Below are positions 39,401-48,213 of a stretch of DNA of 64,000 nt, one piece after another. The notes under the pieces were generated by a model, which saw only the letters and a program-made list of their open reading frames with translations, ran no database searches and was not told the origin of the DNA. Origin of the DNA: a virus (lineage: Duplodnaviria > Caudoviricetes). Each line of letters starts with the position of its first letter. Within the stretch, counting starts at the first letter, position 1. Both the position numbers and the translations under genes were made by a program. The stretch spans positions 1 through 64,000 of IMG/VR virus record IMGVR_UViG_3300048575_000392; one strand, given 5' to 3'.

Positions 39401-42254
39401 TCTTCGTCGGAGCCCCGATCTCCGCGTTGAACTTCCGGTTGTAGAGCTCTTCGAGCTGCTTCCGGACCTCGGGGTTGTTCGACACCCAGTTCTTGAAGTT
39501 GTCCTCGGCGTTCCGGTTGAAGGTCTCGGTGTCGATCCGGCTCGAGCGCTGCTTCTGCATGTTGAGGAAGTAGACGAGCTCGTGGTTGTAGTCCTGCCAG
39601 TCCCCGGCCGCGATGGTATGCCCCGCCTCGCGCCAGTTCTTTCCTCGGACGTACTTGTCCTCGTCGTAGACGACGCCCCACTTCCCCTCCTCATTCCTCG
39701 CGAGGTGGAACTCACCGAAGGCGTACCCGAAGTCCATGCCGTTGCCGTCGCGGGCCCACTGGTCGATGAGCTCCTCAGGAATCCACGAGGACTGGGGCGT
39801 GAACTCCGCTTCCTCGATCGGGACCCATCCGACAGCCTTCTCCAGCTCGTCCACGCCATGCTGCCACTTCTCCCGCGCGGCCGCGAACTTCTCGCCGGGG
39901 TGCTTATCTATCGCCTTGCGGAGGGCGTCAACCTTGTCCCAGGCGTTCCCCGCGATGAAGTCTTCCCGAAGCTGCCAGGCCCCCTCGGGCGTCAGAAAGG
40001 CATCGGCGCACTCCTGAAGGGAGGCCTTGAGCCCCTCGAAGTCATTCGGGAAGTAGGCGCGGAGCTGCTTCGGCGTGGCCTCGATCATGTTCCTCTGGAG
40101 GGTGAGGAGGGCCGTGACCGCCGGATTGTGCCCGTCGACGATCTCGATCTCCTTCGCATAGACGTTCTGCTTCGTGAGGAGGTCGTCGTCTATACCCACG
40201 AGGCCCTCGTAAACGCCCGCCAGAGCCGCATTGGCGTTGAGGACCTTCCGGATATCCTTGTCTTCCCGCGGCGCCACGCCATAGGCCTCCTCGTAGGCCT
40301 GGAGGAGGCGCCGGGCCTCTCTCTGGAGATCGTCGACGGGTTCGTCGGCCCTCATGGCGTCCCGGATGCCTTTGACGGCCTCGGCTATCGCCTTGACGCG
40401 CTCGAGCTTCTCGGCCGCCACCTCGTCGGCGCCCTTCACGCGCTCCCATCGATGGTTCGCGTTCAGGCGGTAGACCCGGCCGTCCTCGCTCTTCGTCGCC
40501 CCCACGGTCAGGGTCTTGGCCGCGACGGCCTCCGCCTCTCCCTCCGTGAGCGCGAGCTCGTCGCCTTTCTTCTTTGGCGCCGCCGCGCCGCCCTTCGTCA
40601 TGGAGCGCAGCCTGTCGAGGTCCTCCACCGTCATGTCCGCCTCGGGCTCGAAGCGGGACGCGGCCGCGTCCATGTCGGCGAGCGAGAGCTCCCCCTCTAC
40701 CACGTCCCGGCCCCAGTTTCCGGCGCCCTCCGCGAGTGCGCCAAGGATGTGCTCGGGCTTCACTTTGTAGTAGGAGCCCTCGACCCATGCCTCATTCCAG
40801 AACCCGGCGGCCTTGAGACCTTTCTCGTCGAGCTGGGCGAGGCGCTGGCGCGTCTCCTCGGGGTACTTCCGGAAAAAGATGATATCCGGCTGTACGCCGG
40901 TCTGCGTATGCTTGAAGGAGCCGTTCGGGAGCCTCGCGGCGCCCATGAACTGCCCCTTCTTGAGCATCTCGGCCCGCCAGTCCCGGTTCCCCTTGCCATC
41001 CATCACGCCGGGATGGACGATCAGCGCCATGGACCCGCCGTCGGCAAGTGCGTCCAGGGAGCGGGAGAGGAAGTAGCGGTCGAGACTCTTCTCCTCGGGC
41101 ATGTCCATGAAGGAGGTGAGGACCGACCGATCGCCGAACGGGGCATTCCCGACCACGCGCGAGAACTGGCGCTCGTTGTAGAGGTTGAACTGCTCGAAGC
41201 TCCCGGAATGGATCGCTGCGCCCTCCTGGAGGATCGAGGCGGCCGCGGCCGTCCTCTTGTCGAGCTCCACGCCGTGAAGATCCAGCCCTTCCGGGGCGAC
41301 CTCGAAGAAAACGCCTGTCCCGCACGAGGGTTCAAGGACCGACTCGCCGGCCGCGATCGGGGCTATCTTGTCGAGCATCTTCCACGTCATCTTCGCCACT
41401 GGAGGGGAGGTGAAGAAGTCGTAGAGGACTCCGCGCTCGTCGTCCGCCTTCACGCCGCCGAAGCCCGAGTACCTCCGGACCTTCTCGACATCCTCGGCCG
41501 AAAGCTCATCGCGCGGCTTAAGGAGGAGCTCGGCGACCTCCTGATTGAGCTTCGCCCTCGCCGCGGGGTTTAGGTGCTTTCCCTTATTTCCCCATGATCC
41601 GTAGTCCCTGAACGGGGTCTCCTTGATGGAGAGCGACAGGTCACGCCGCTTCGTGTCCTCCGGGGAGGCTTCCTTTTCAGCCTTCTTGCGCTCCACGAGG
41701 TCCCCGAGCTTCCGCGCGAGGGAGTCAACGCGGGCCTGCTTCTTATCCCCCGCGGCTTTCCGCTCCTTCAGCTTCGTCTCGCCAGCGGTCCCCGTGATGG
41801 CGTAGAAGGTCGCCCGTCCGTTGTTCCAGGCGAAGGCCTCGCCGGCGGCTACCTTGGCCTCCATGTAGCGCTTGGCCGCCGGCCCGCTTGTCTCGAAGCA
41901 CTTCGTCACATCGGCCGAACTGAGTACGAGGTCCCCGTGGTCCTTCTTCCACTCCTGGAACTTGCCGTCCAGCTTGGAGCTCGCCGCCTTGACTGCCGGC
42001 GTCGGAGTCTTGGGCTTCTCGATGCCGAGCTTCGGCTCCTCCGCCGCGGGGGCGCCGCCATCGAAGAGGTCGAACTGGGCCGCCCGAGGCTTCTCCGCCT
42101 TGGCCTCGCTGGGGAGGACCCATACGCGCTTTCGGTAGGTGGTCCCGTCCTTGTTCGTGAGCGTGATGTCTCTCTGTACGAGGCGGGCGCTTCTCCTCGC
42201 CTTCTCGAGCGCGTCCTGCGCCGGTATCAGGATGAATCGCTGAAAAATGTTCAT
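36474..42254 (-). CDS. DarB-like N6-methyltransferase + SNF2 helicase, probably head-packaged
   Basis: FFTSP, LEPSCGTG, GVELD, GNAPF; LGTGFGKT, VDEAHNYKN, LTATPLTN, GEGVNLQ, QRNGRIDRQGN; real start at 42254 (ATGA overlap with MuF). Confidence 0.88.
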   Translation of the reverse strand: MNIFQRFILIPAQDALEKARRSARLVQRDITLTNKDGTTYRKRVWVLPSEAKAEKPRAAQFDLFDGGAPAAEEPKLGIEKPKTPTPAVKAASSKLDGKFQEWKKDHGDLVLSSADVTKCFETSGPAAKRYMEAKVAAGEAFAWNNGRATFYAITGTAGETKLKERKAAGDKKQARVDSLARKLGDLVERKKAEKEASPEDTKRRDLSLSIKETPFRDYGSWGNKGKHLNPAARAKLNQEVAELLLKPRDELSAEDVEKVRRYSGFGGVKADDERGVLYDFFTSPPVAKMTWKMLDKIAPIAAGESVLEPSCGTGVFFEVAPEGLDLHGVELDKRTAAAASILQEGAAIHSGSFEQFNLYNERQFSRVVGNAPFGDRSVLTSFMDMPEEKSLDRYFLSRSLDALADGGSMALIVHPGVMDGKGNRDWRAEMLKKGQFMGAARLPNGSFKHTQTGVQPDIIFFRKYPEETRQRLAQLDEKGLKAAGFWNEAWVEGSYYKVKPEHILGALAEGAGNWGRDVVEGELSLADMDAAASRFEPEADMTVEDLDRLRSMTKGGAAAPKKKGDELALTEGEAEAVAAKTLTVGATKSEDGRVYRLNANHRWERVKGADEVAAEKLERVKAIAEAVKGIRDAMRADEPVDDLQREARRLLQAYEEAYGVAPREDKDIRKVLNANAALAGVYEGLVGIDDDLLTKQNVYAKEIEIVDGHNPAVTALLTLQRNMIEATPKQLRAYFPNDFEGLKASLQECADAFLTPEGAWQLREDFIAGNAWDKVDALRKAIDKHPGEKFAAAREKWQHGVDELEKAVGWVPIEEAEFTPQSSWIPEELIDQWARDGNGMDFGYAFGEFHLARNEEGKWGVVYDEDKYVRGKNWREAGHTIAAGDWQDYNHELVYFLNMQKQRSSRIDTETFNRNAEDNFKNWVSNNPEVRKQLEELYNRKFNAEIGAPTKTYAVRIDGWSPKIVLGGHQWQSIHHLYRAGKGITALGTGFGKTLAAIGLIGLLRQEGKIKRPMVQVPNNKVKDWIKEIAKAMPGLKVGAVDPETEGYSNQVKRYKMYQELANGDFDVIVLPESAASEIQLRPEEDQRITDDIVAGQIMDKAAAKSSRKIEQAKETARGKLEAGKTNQTINFEDFGCDALFVDEAHNYKNLFSSSLSRDTGMNDGRRSDRAMSLFKKSEFIRRGHDGKNVFLLTATPLTNSPLEYYNMLMHVAPEELDRLNIRTIDDFIRNFADIEVQPKCDWGTGKTIDAKVLKGFKNLRTLQDMFFKYTDLQNDPTKIGLPKPKANNNPNVIPMQEDQTGVLRDLSAQLEEFKALGNDEKAEKYPGQSFLTFYSRMRTASLDLELYNPSKYAGWKNPKLSKLAENAMESFKATGGGQVVFCDRVLSGDGSFNMHDKIKAALVAQGFKDSEIVVVNGITKAGGKKSDTALEKEVSAAIDGFNAGKYKVIIGTTPTLGEGVNLQDNSAALHHFDIPYRPSDFIQRNGRIDRQGNRQASVALNTYLTAGTIDNYSVNLVQNKANWIDQLLRTKSNVFTNPNDDSFVDPDELLLALTEEWGDKEKANERRAEMEKIKTGKIKEANAQKVHETLAALSLMRGSIRGFEGDKGTVQYQNRLRKLYNMEEALRGNPEFQNLELLKDNPPDFIYDKAERRVYKPGDVFMMRSGPFVAMTINHKKQTMLLKPASQEGSGWTSDWVEWKQGGGEHWTHVASPTKEDLSGLKSLYAPADFAGQAEAFKRDRYRDMLRLSPDRETRYCKVNAEGKVEIASKGWSFSEKDIKEALNPYVAEDRARIVAAVRSGEAEADGGAINDPVFEQTGIAEALKEPAMKAYRAHKEAEYIDSMASTYWKPVEDIVERMKRRGVRGASAYELHDIIEMNPDYEVEYNRAYGGRAGYAFRKRPQVEKSMRMIYRNGPRLGIMRKEG

Positions 42255-43534
42255 AGCCCGCCCTCCGTCGTGCCCTTGTAAATCTCGTTGATGCGATCGA
42301 GGTAGCCCGGCGTTGAGTCGTCGAGGCGCTTGACGCCCTTGGCCTCGAACTCGGCCCGAGCCTTCGCCACCGCCGCGCCCCACGCCTCCTGCCGGCCTTT
42401 CAGCTTAGCCATGGCGGCATCGTACATGCTCTTCGCGTCCTTCACCGCCGGGGCCAGCCAGCGGGCCCACGATCCGCGGCACCATGGATGCTGAGAACCG
42501 GCCGCTACCCAGTCGTCGGAGGCGCGCTTCCCGACCCGCGTCTTCCCCTCCCAGATAGCCACCTTCGCGTAGGGGTCGTCGATCTTCTCGTCACCGAGGG
42601 CCTCGTCGGACCAGAGGACCACCATCCCCCGGATGCGCTGGCAATGGGCGCACGTCGCCTCGTCGTGCATCTCGATCCTTTGGAAGTAGAGCTTCTCTCC
42701 CGCCTTTGCATCCGAACGTTCGGATAGGAGGAAGGCGGTGTTCATGTTCTCGTTGATCTCCGTCTCGACTATCCGCTGCCAGTCCCGGTTCAGCCCGCCG
42801 AAGCGGTCGAAGAGGTCCTGAGCCACCTCGCTCTTGGACTTCCGCTCCCTCACGCCCGAGATGAAGCTCTGCGTGATCGCGCTCTTGGTCTTCTGGTCTA
42901 TGTCGCGGATGTACTGCGCGCACGCCGTCTCCGCTACCTTGATCCTATCGGCCTCGAAGTCGCCCACGCCGAACATGCGTTTGAAATTAACGGGATCGGA
43001 CATGTACTCGAAGTTGTGTCTCCAGTACTCGATTTCAGCGAGGCGCTTCGCCTCCACGGCCTCCCATGAGTTGTACTTGAGCATCCGATCAAGGACCTTC
43101 CCGAGGGCGGCCGAGTCGAGGACGATGCGCTCCTCGCCCCCCCACAGCCCCCGGTTCAAGAAGCGCTCGATCGCCCGGGTGAACTCGCCCCACTGCCTCA
43201 TGGACATGGGCCGCCCCGTCTCGGGCGAGTAGATGACCTTCCCCTTGTAGACGAGCGGGTCCGTGTCGGCCGCCTTACTGAAGATCGTTATCCGGGGTAG
43301 GTCGAAGGCATGGCACGCAGCCTCGTAGATGCGGTCTAGGAGTCCCGCATACATGAAGGTCCATTTCTGCACGAGGTCCTCGTAGGACCGGTACGGGAAG
43401 GCCTCCTGATGCTCCGACTTCGGCTTGAGGGTGACGGGGACCTTCATCGCCTTGGCTAGTGAATCGACCGCCGTCAGGTACTTCTCTTTCCGATTCTCCT
43501 CGTCCACATCCCGGACGATCAGCTTGTACTCCAT
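42251..43534 (-). CDS. Head morphogenesis protein (MuF/SPP1 gp7-like)
   Basis: RDWQRIVETE, TCAHC, HPWCRG; directly after the portal. Confidence 0.8.
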   Translation of the reverse strand: MEYKLIVRDVDEENRKEKYLTAVDSLAKAMKVPVTLKPKSEHQEAFPYRSYEDLVQKWTFMYAGLLDRIYEAACHAFDLPRITIFSKAADTDPLVYKGKVIYSPETGRPMSMRQWGEFTRAIERFLNRGLWGGEERIVLDSAALGKVLDRMLKYNSWEAVEAKRLAEIEYWRHNFEYMSDPVNFKRMFGVGDFEADRIKVAETACAQYIRDIDQKTKSAITQSFISGVRERKSKSEVAQDLFDRFGGLNRDWQRIVETEINENMNTAFLLSERSDAKAGEKLYFQRIEMHDEATCAHCQRIRGMVVLWSDEALGDEKIDDPYAKVAIWEGKTRVGKRASDDWVAAGSQHPWCRGSWARWLAPAVKDAKSMYDAAMAKLKGRQEAWGAAVAKARAEFEAKGVKRLDDSTPGYLDRINEIYKGTTEGGL

Positions 43535-43544
43535 GCCCGGCCCC

Positions 43545-45287
43545 TTAGACGATGATCTCTATCACGTCGTCCGAGATGGACTTCCCCATCTCGTCGAAAA
43601 TGCTCCGCTTGCCGCCAGCCTCCGGGCCCGCGCTCCGCCCCCCGCTCCCCCGCGGCCGGGACTGCGCCGACGCCTCCCGGTCGCCGACCTGAGGCTTCCC
43701 GGAGCCCGCCTCGGGGCCCTCCTGCCCGCCGTCACCCATAAGGAGCTTCTTGTAGGCAGCCATGGCGTCCTCGGAGTCGCCCTTGCCCTCCTCGTCGCCT
43801 CCGTCGTACTCCTCGGCCCCCGGAGGCGTGGGCGCCTCGCCGGCGCCGTCCTGCCCGCCCTGAGCCTGCCCCTGGGCCGCCATGACCATCTGCACGACGT
43901 AGGGATTGAGGGGAATCTTGGACCACGGCTGATTGAAGGGCTTCTGGTCCCTCTCCGCCAATAGTTGGTCGATCGACTTGATGGACCGGAGCTCCGCCTC
44001 CATGGTCGTGTTCTTCAGGCCCGGATCGTCCTTCTCGTAGCCGATGAACTCGAAGTCGAAGCGCGGGTCCAGGCGGTCAAGGATCTTCTGATAGTGGGAC
44101 TCCAGGAAGGACAGGACCGCCGCGAGGCCGCGGGATTTCGAGGCTTCGAGCCGGGGCGCCGGGTTCTCGGGGATGACCGATGTACTCTTCGAGGTCCGGA
44201 TGCCGAGTTCCTCAAGGTCGATCCCGAACAGGGCCGCTACGCTCGACCATAGGAACTCCGTCCACTGGGTGAATTCCATGTCCTTGTTCGAGCCCTGAAG
44301 GGACACCCACTCGAACTTCCTGCCCTCGCTTCCGTTGCCCGTGCTCCCCGCAGGGATGATCGGCACGCGCCACTTCGACATGGGCCCGCCGGACATGATG
44401 TTGACGAGGTAGTCCTCGATCATCTCGACCTCTTCCATATCCGCGTCGCCCTGTAGAAGGAGCATTCCGCGGGGGAGGCGGTCCTCGGTGAAGAAGCCCA
44501 TGTTGTACATGAAGGAGTTGATCATGCCCGTTATTAGGTCGATCGCCTGCTCGACCACGGAATAGCCGTAGCCCGCGTGTTCGATGTCCGTCCTCGGGTT
44601 CTGGTAGTCGAAAATCATGTCGTTCCGGGTGTAGTAGGCCGTCACCTGGAGGTCGACCTCCTGCACGAAGCGGATGCGGTCGTCCCCGTTGTAGCCCTCC
44701 TCGGAGCACTTGAAGACCGTCGCCGGGTCCACCGCCCAGAAGGCATAGAGCTTGCCCGCCTGCGTCCGCTGAAGCTCCGTGGTCACCTGGTCGAGGGTGA
44801 GGAGGTCCCGGATTACCTTGGCCGAGAAGTTCGTAAGGTCATCCTCGCGGTCCGGATCGCTTCCAAAGCCGGTCCTAAGGAAGAAGTCCGTGTAGCCCTT
44901 CATGAGCTCCTTCTCGCGCGCCGAAGGGGCCCTCTCGCCGTCCTTCAAGCGAATCTGGAAGCCACGGATGTTGTTGTCGGTCGATGGCTTCAAGAAGGGA
45001 CGGGCCTGGTTGATCTGGTGCCCGATAATGGCGTTGATGATCCACGCCCGCTCGGCCACGACGCGGAGGATGCGGTAGTCCAGCTTCCTGTTCGGCTCAA
45101 TGACGTTCCGCGTCCCCTTGTACATGAGGCGGCTGTAGGGGTTCAGCATGACCGACCGGATCGGCTCAATGGCCCGATCCGGGGAGGCCGCGGGCTTGGC
45201 CGGCACTAGGGCCTTGGCCTCCGGCTTCACGACGCGCGACTTAGCAAGGAAGCTAAGAATTTCATCCTGAGATATGCGGTTCATCAT
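43545..45287 (-). CDS. Portal protein
   Basis: RDLLTLDQ, GYGYSVVE, PRGML, KDMEF..W, ALFGIDLEELG; follows terL. Confidence 0.9.
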   Translation of the reverse strand: MMNRISQDEILSFLAKSRVVKPEAKALVPAKPAASPDRAIEPIRSVMLNPYSRLMYKGTRNVIEPNRKLDYRILRVVAERAWIINAIIGHQINQARPFLKPSTDNNIRGFQIRLKDGERAPSAREKELMKGYTDFFLRTGFGSDPDREDDLTNFSAKVIRDLLTLDQVTTELQRTQAGKLYAFWAVDPATVFKCSEEGYNGDDRIRFVQEVDLQVTAYYTRNDMIFDYQNPRTDIEHAGYGYSVVEQAIDLITGMINSFMYNMGFFTEDRLPRGMLLLQGDADMEEVEMIEDYLVNIMSGGPMSKWRVPIIPAGSTGNGSEGRKFEWVSLQGSNKDMEFTQWTEFLWSSVAALFGIDLEELGIRTSKSTSVIPENPAPRLEASKSRGLAAVLSFLESHYQKILDRLDPRFDFEFIGYEKDDPGLKNTTMEAELRSIKSIDQLLAERDQKPFNQPWSKIPLNPYVVQMVMAAQGQAQGGQDGAGEAPTPPGAEEYDGGDEEGKGDSEDAMAAYKKLLMGDGGQEGPEAGSGKPQVGDREASAQSRPRGSGGRSAGPEAGGKRSIFDEMGKSISDDVIEIIV

Positions 45288-46861
45288 CGTATCCTCCCGA
45301 GTCTCGCCAGCACGCCAGGAGCGACATATCTCTTCGTCGTCGACTTCACGGGCTTGCCCTGCTTTTCTGCGTACTGTTTATAGAAACCGCCATTCCCGGC
45401 CGCCTTCGCGGTGTCGGTGATGGCGAAATTCGCCAGAGCCCACGCCCAGAAGCTGTCGGCGTGGCCTTGTTCGTCCCTCTGGGCGTCATAGCGAAATCGG
45501 CCCGCCAAGGTCGTCATTCGCTTTATGGAGTGGATCTGCTTGTGGAACTTCGGGTCGTTCTGGAGAAGGAACTCGCGCTTCTCGAGCCCTGCCCTGACGC
45601 CTATGGCGAGGGTTTCCTTGGACTCGGGGCTGAAGATGACCCCCTCGATCTTCGCGGCGCCGAACTCGTCCTGGAGTTTCTCGCAGAGCGGCTCTCCCTG
45701 GCCTGTCTGGTCCATGCAGCCGCGGACCACAGGCAGGTTCTTCATGATCTTCCGGATCACGTCGAGCTGGAACTCGAACTTCGTGTTCGTCATCTCGATC
45801 TCGGCCACGCTGCGCTTCTTCCCGTCTTTCGTGACCCCGATAACGAAGACGACGGCCGCGTCTCGGCGGCGCGCCACGTCGTAACCAAGGTATATCCGGC
45901 CATGGACCTCCGGATCGTAGCCGAGAAGGAGGGAGTCCGCGTCCTTGAAGACGTGAACCTCGATGTCCGCTTCCTCGTCCTCGTCCCGGAGCTCCTCCGT
46001 GCGGTCTTCGGGCCTCATCCCCGGCGTATTGGCATGGATCAGGTCCAAGGTGATGTAGCTGCTCGCGCTATCGACGAAGGAGCACTCGAATTCCTGCTGG
46101 AAATCCTCCAGGAACATGGAATTGAAGATGCTCTTGATGGATGCCGAGCCGAAGATGTTGACCCGCTCCTCCGTCTCCATGTGCGGGCAGAGCTTCACAG
46201 CCTCCTCTACGTTCGTGCAGAGAGAGGTCGCAAACCACCACGGGACCACAAATCGGGCGTACTCGGGGTATTTCTGCTTGTCCGTGCAGATTTCGTAGAA
46301 GGTTCCGACCTTCCCGAGCGGCGAGCTCCCCGCCTCGACGCATCCGCCGCGGGCGATCACCGGGAGGCCGGCCGTGTAGATGATCCGCGCCTTGTTGGAC
46401 GGGTAGATGCCCATCTCGTCGAAGGAGATGTCGCCTCCCTTGCCCCGCGGCGGCCGACAGGCGATGGATATCAGGCGGCTTGTCGTCTTCCCGCCGGCAT
46501 CCAGGAACTCGAGCTGGGTCTTTGTGTCCGAGACGATCTTCTTTTTGTACTTCTTGGGGATGCTGTTATAGAATTCCTTGACGTAGTTGATCTTCTCCTT
46601 CGCGTCGTCCTCGTTGTAGGAGACGAACTGCTTCACGTACTTGATCCTGGCCGGGTCCATGGCCTTCACGAAGCCCTTAAGGCCCGTGGCGAAGGAAAAG
46701 CCGGTACGGCGCGACTTCAGGATGCAGGAGTACTTGTAGTTGGCTTTGACGAACTTCTCCTGCCAGAAATCGAGGTCGATATCCTTCCCGTCCACCTTGA
46801 TGAAGGCGTCTATGTAGTTGAGGCGCTCCTCGGGCGTCCAGAGCTTGCCGGTTACCGCCAT
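45284..46861 (-). CDS. terL: Terminase large subunit
   Basis: ILKSRRTGFS (Walker A), FDEMG (Walker B), FQQEFEC, LGYDVAR and HADSFW nuclease motifs. Confidence 0.95.
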   Translation of the reverse strand: MAVTGKLWTPEERLNYIDAFIKVDGKDIDLDFWQEKFVKANYKYSCILKSRRTGFSFATGLKGFVKAMDPARIKYVKQFVSYNEDDAKEKINYVKEFYNSIPKKYKKKIVSDTKTQLEFLDAGGKTTSRLISIACRPPRGKGGDISFDEMGIYPSNKARIIYTAGLPVIARGGCVEAGSSPLGKVGTFYEICTDKQKYPEYARFVVPWWFATSLCTNVEEAVKLCPHMETEERVNIFGSASIKSIFNSMFLEDFQQEFECSFVDSASSYITLDLIHANTPGMRPEDRTEELRDEDEEADIEVHVFKDADSLLLGYDPEVHGRIYLGYDVARRRDAAVVFVIGVTKDGKKRSVAEIEMTNTKFEFQLDVIRKIMKNLPVVRGCMDQTGQGEPLCEKLQDEFGAAKIEGVIFSPESKETLAIGVRAGLEKREFLLQNDPKFHKQIHSIKRMTTLAGRFRYDAQRDEQGHADSFWAWALANFAITDTAKAAGNGGFYKQYAEKQGKPVKSTTKRYVAPGVLARLGRIR

Positions 46862-46893
46862 TTCAGCCTCAAAGTGTATGCTTTTGTATTCAC

Positions 46894-47661
46894 CTACTCT
46901 TCCTCCGGGAGGCTTCTGGAGGCCTCAAGGAAGTCAGCCGCAGCCTCGGCGGTCAGGTCCTTCTTCTTCCGCACGGTCGTCTTGACCGAGAGCTTGTCCT
47001 TGATGATTTCGGCCGTGGTCTCTACATCAAAGCCGTCATCGCCCTTGTCGCCGAAGGTCTTCTGGAACATGGAAACGAGGTCGTCCATGCTCTTCTCGCG
47101 ATTGGCCATGATGTAGACCTTGAGGCCGCGCTGGGAGCGATAGTCGACCGAATCGATGGCCTGGCGCTGTTCGTCCGAGAGCTCGTCTAGGTCCTTGAGG
47201 ACCTCCTTCTGGTATTGCTGCTTCGTGTCCGGGTCGGTGACCGTAACCTTCTTGAAATAGTCCTTGATGTCGTAGTGGACCCGGCGCCTCTTCAGCTCCA
47301 GAATGCGGTGGTACTCCTCTTCCAGGTCGGCTTTGACGGTGTTCTCGACCACCCGGCGAATCACCTTGGCTACTTCGGGGTCATGGCGGAGCTTGTAGCC
47401 CATCTGGCGGCTCTGCCCCTTGGAGTACCCCGCCTTCACCGCCGACTCCGAGGACCGCATGTAGGACGAGCTTCCGGGGTAGGTGTACCAGAAGATAAAG
47501 CGCTTCCGCATGGCCGTCAGCTTTGCGTCACCCCAGTCAATGGAGTCCAGGTCGAGGACCTCCCCGTCTGGGAGGGCGTTCTCCTGTTTCCCCTTCCCGC
47601 GGCCCCCAGCCCCCCGCGCGGCCTCGGCGCTGGCGGGGTCAGCCTTCTTCTTTCTGGGCAT
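46894..47661 (-). CDS. terS: Terminase small subunit
   Basis: RFIFWY..SAVKAGYS..GYKL HTH pattern; immediately upstream of terL. Confidence 0.85.
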   Translation of the reverse strand: MPRKKKADPASAEAARGAGGRGKGKQENALPDGEVLDLDSIDWGDAKLTAMRKRFIFWYTYPGSSSYMRSSESAVKAGYSKGQSRQMGYKLRHDPEVAKVIRRVVENTVKADLEEEYHRILELKRRRVHYDIKDYFKKVTVTDPDTKQQYQKEVLKDLDELSDEQRQAIDSVDYRSQRGLKVYIMANREKSMDDLVSMFQKTFGDKGDDGFDVETTAEIIKDKLSVKTTVRKKKDLTAEAAADFLEASRSLPEEE

Positions 47662-47815
47662 CGGCCCCGTCCTTGCATTGATGGCGAAGATATCCCCGAG
47701 CCTGGCGCCCGGTGTTGGTGATGATGGTCACGAGGGTGTCGTCGACGATGATGATGTCGTCGGAGACGGCGCTATTGATGTACTTCACCTTCTCCCCGCA
47801 CTTCTTGCAGACCAT
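47639..47815 (-). CDS. 58-aa Zn-finger-like protein (CxxC...HxC)
   Basis: MVCKKCGEK...IITNTGRQARGYLRHQC; below the ORF-track cutoff; paralog at 48161-48346. Confidence 0.6.
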   Translation of the reverse strand: MVCKKCGEKVKYINSAVSDDIIIVDDTLVTIITNTGRQARGYLRHQCKDGADAQKEEG

Positions 47816-47835
47816 CCAGCCACCCCTCGCAAATG

Positions 47836-47893
47836 AAAAAGGCCGACACCGCCGCTACTAGGAGCGTGGTGTCGGCCCGAGTCTTTCAGCACC
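47836..47893 (-). terminator. Conserved leader plus intrinsic terminator, copy 3 (before the packaging operon)
   Basis: GGTGCTGAAAGACTCGGGCCG leader; different hairpin (GGCCGACACC/GGTGTCGGCC) followed by TTTTT. Confidence 0.82.
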
Positions 47894-47911
47894 GACTTAC
47901 ATATCGGAAAA

Positions 47912-47941
47912 ACTATAGAACCTTCAAGAATAGACGGTCAA
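47912..47941 (-). promoter_or_regulatory. sigma70-like promoter upstream of copy 3
   Basis: TTGACC-18 nt-TATAGT. Confidence 0.72.
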
Positions 47942-48213
47942 CCGTTGCCGGCCTTGCCTGTCTCCTCTTGCGGCGATGGTTCCGCCGGCCTTCGCACGAT
48001 CACAAGGCGCCGCCGGGGCGAGGCCTCGCTCTCGGGCAGGATCGACCGGATGTCGGCGAGGCGGAGGGAGAACTTCTGTTCGATACCCTCGATGACCCCC
48101 CGTTCGATCTTGATCGAGAGCGTGCCGTAGAACTCGTTCCGGCATATCTCGTCGATGTAGTCATGAACTTCCTTGGTTGCCGGGGCTCCCATCATCGCTC
48201 CTTGGACAGACAT
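47938..48213 (-). CDS. Small DUF2292/YezD-like protein
   Basis: FYGTLSIKIERGVIEGIEQKFSLRL resembles the YGS.T+.I.DG.V..IE DUF2292 pattern; Arg-rich tail; stop codon lies in the promoter -35. Confidence 0.55.
   Translation of the reverse strand: MSVQGAMMGAPATKEVHDYIDEICRNEFYGTLSIKIERGVIEGIEQKFSLRLADIRSILPESEASPRRRLVIVRRPAEPSPQEETGKAGNG

Noticed and set aside
27207-46861. Inteins or introns in the helicases and terminase; alternative genetic code
   Set aside because: No C/S...HN splice motifs or homing-endonuclease inserts seen; genes are full-length in the standard code
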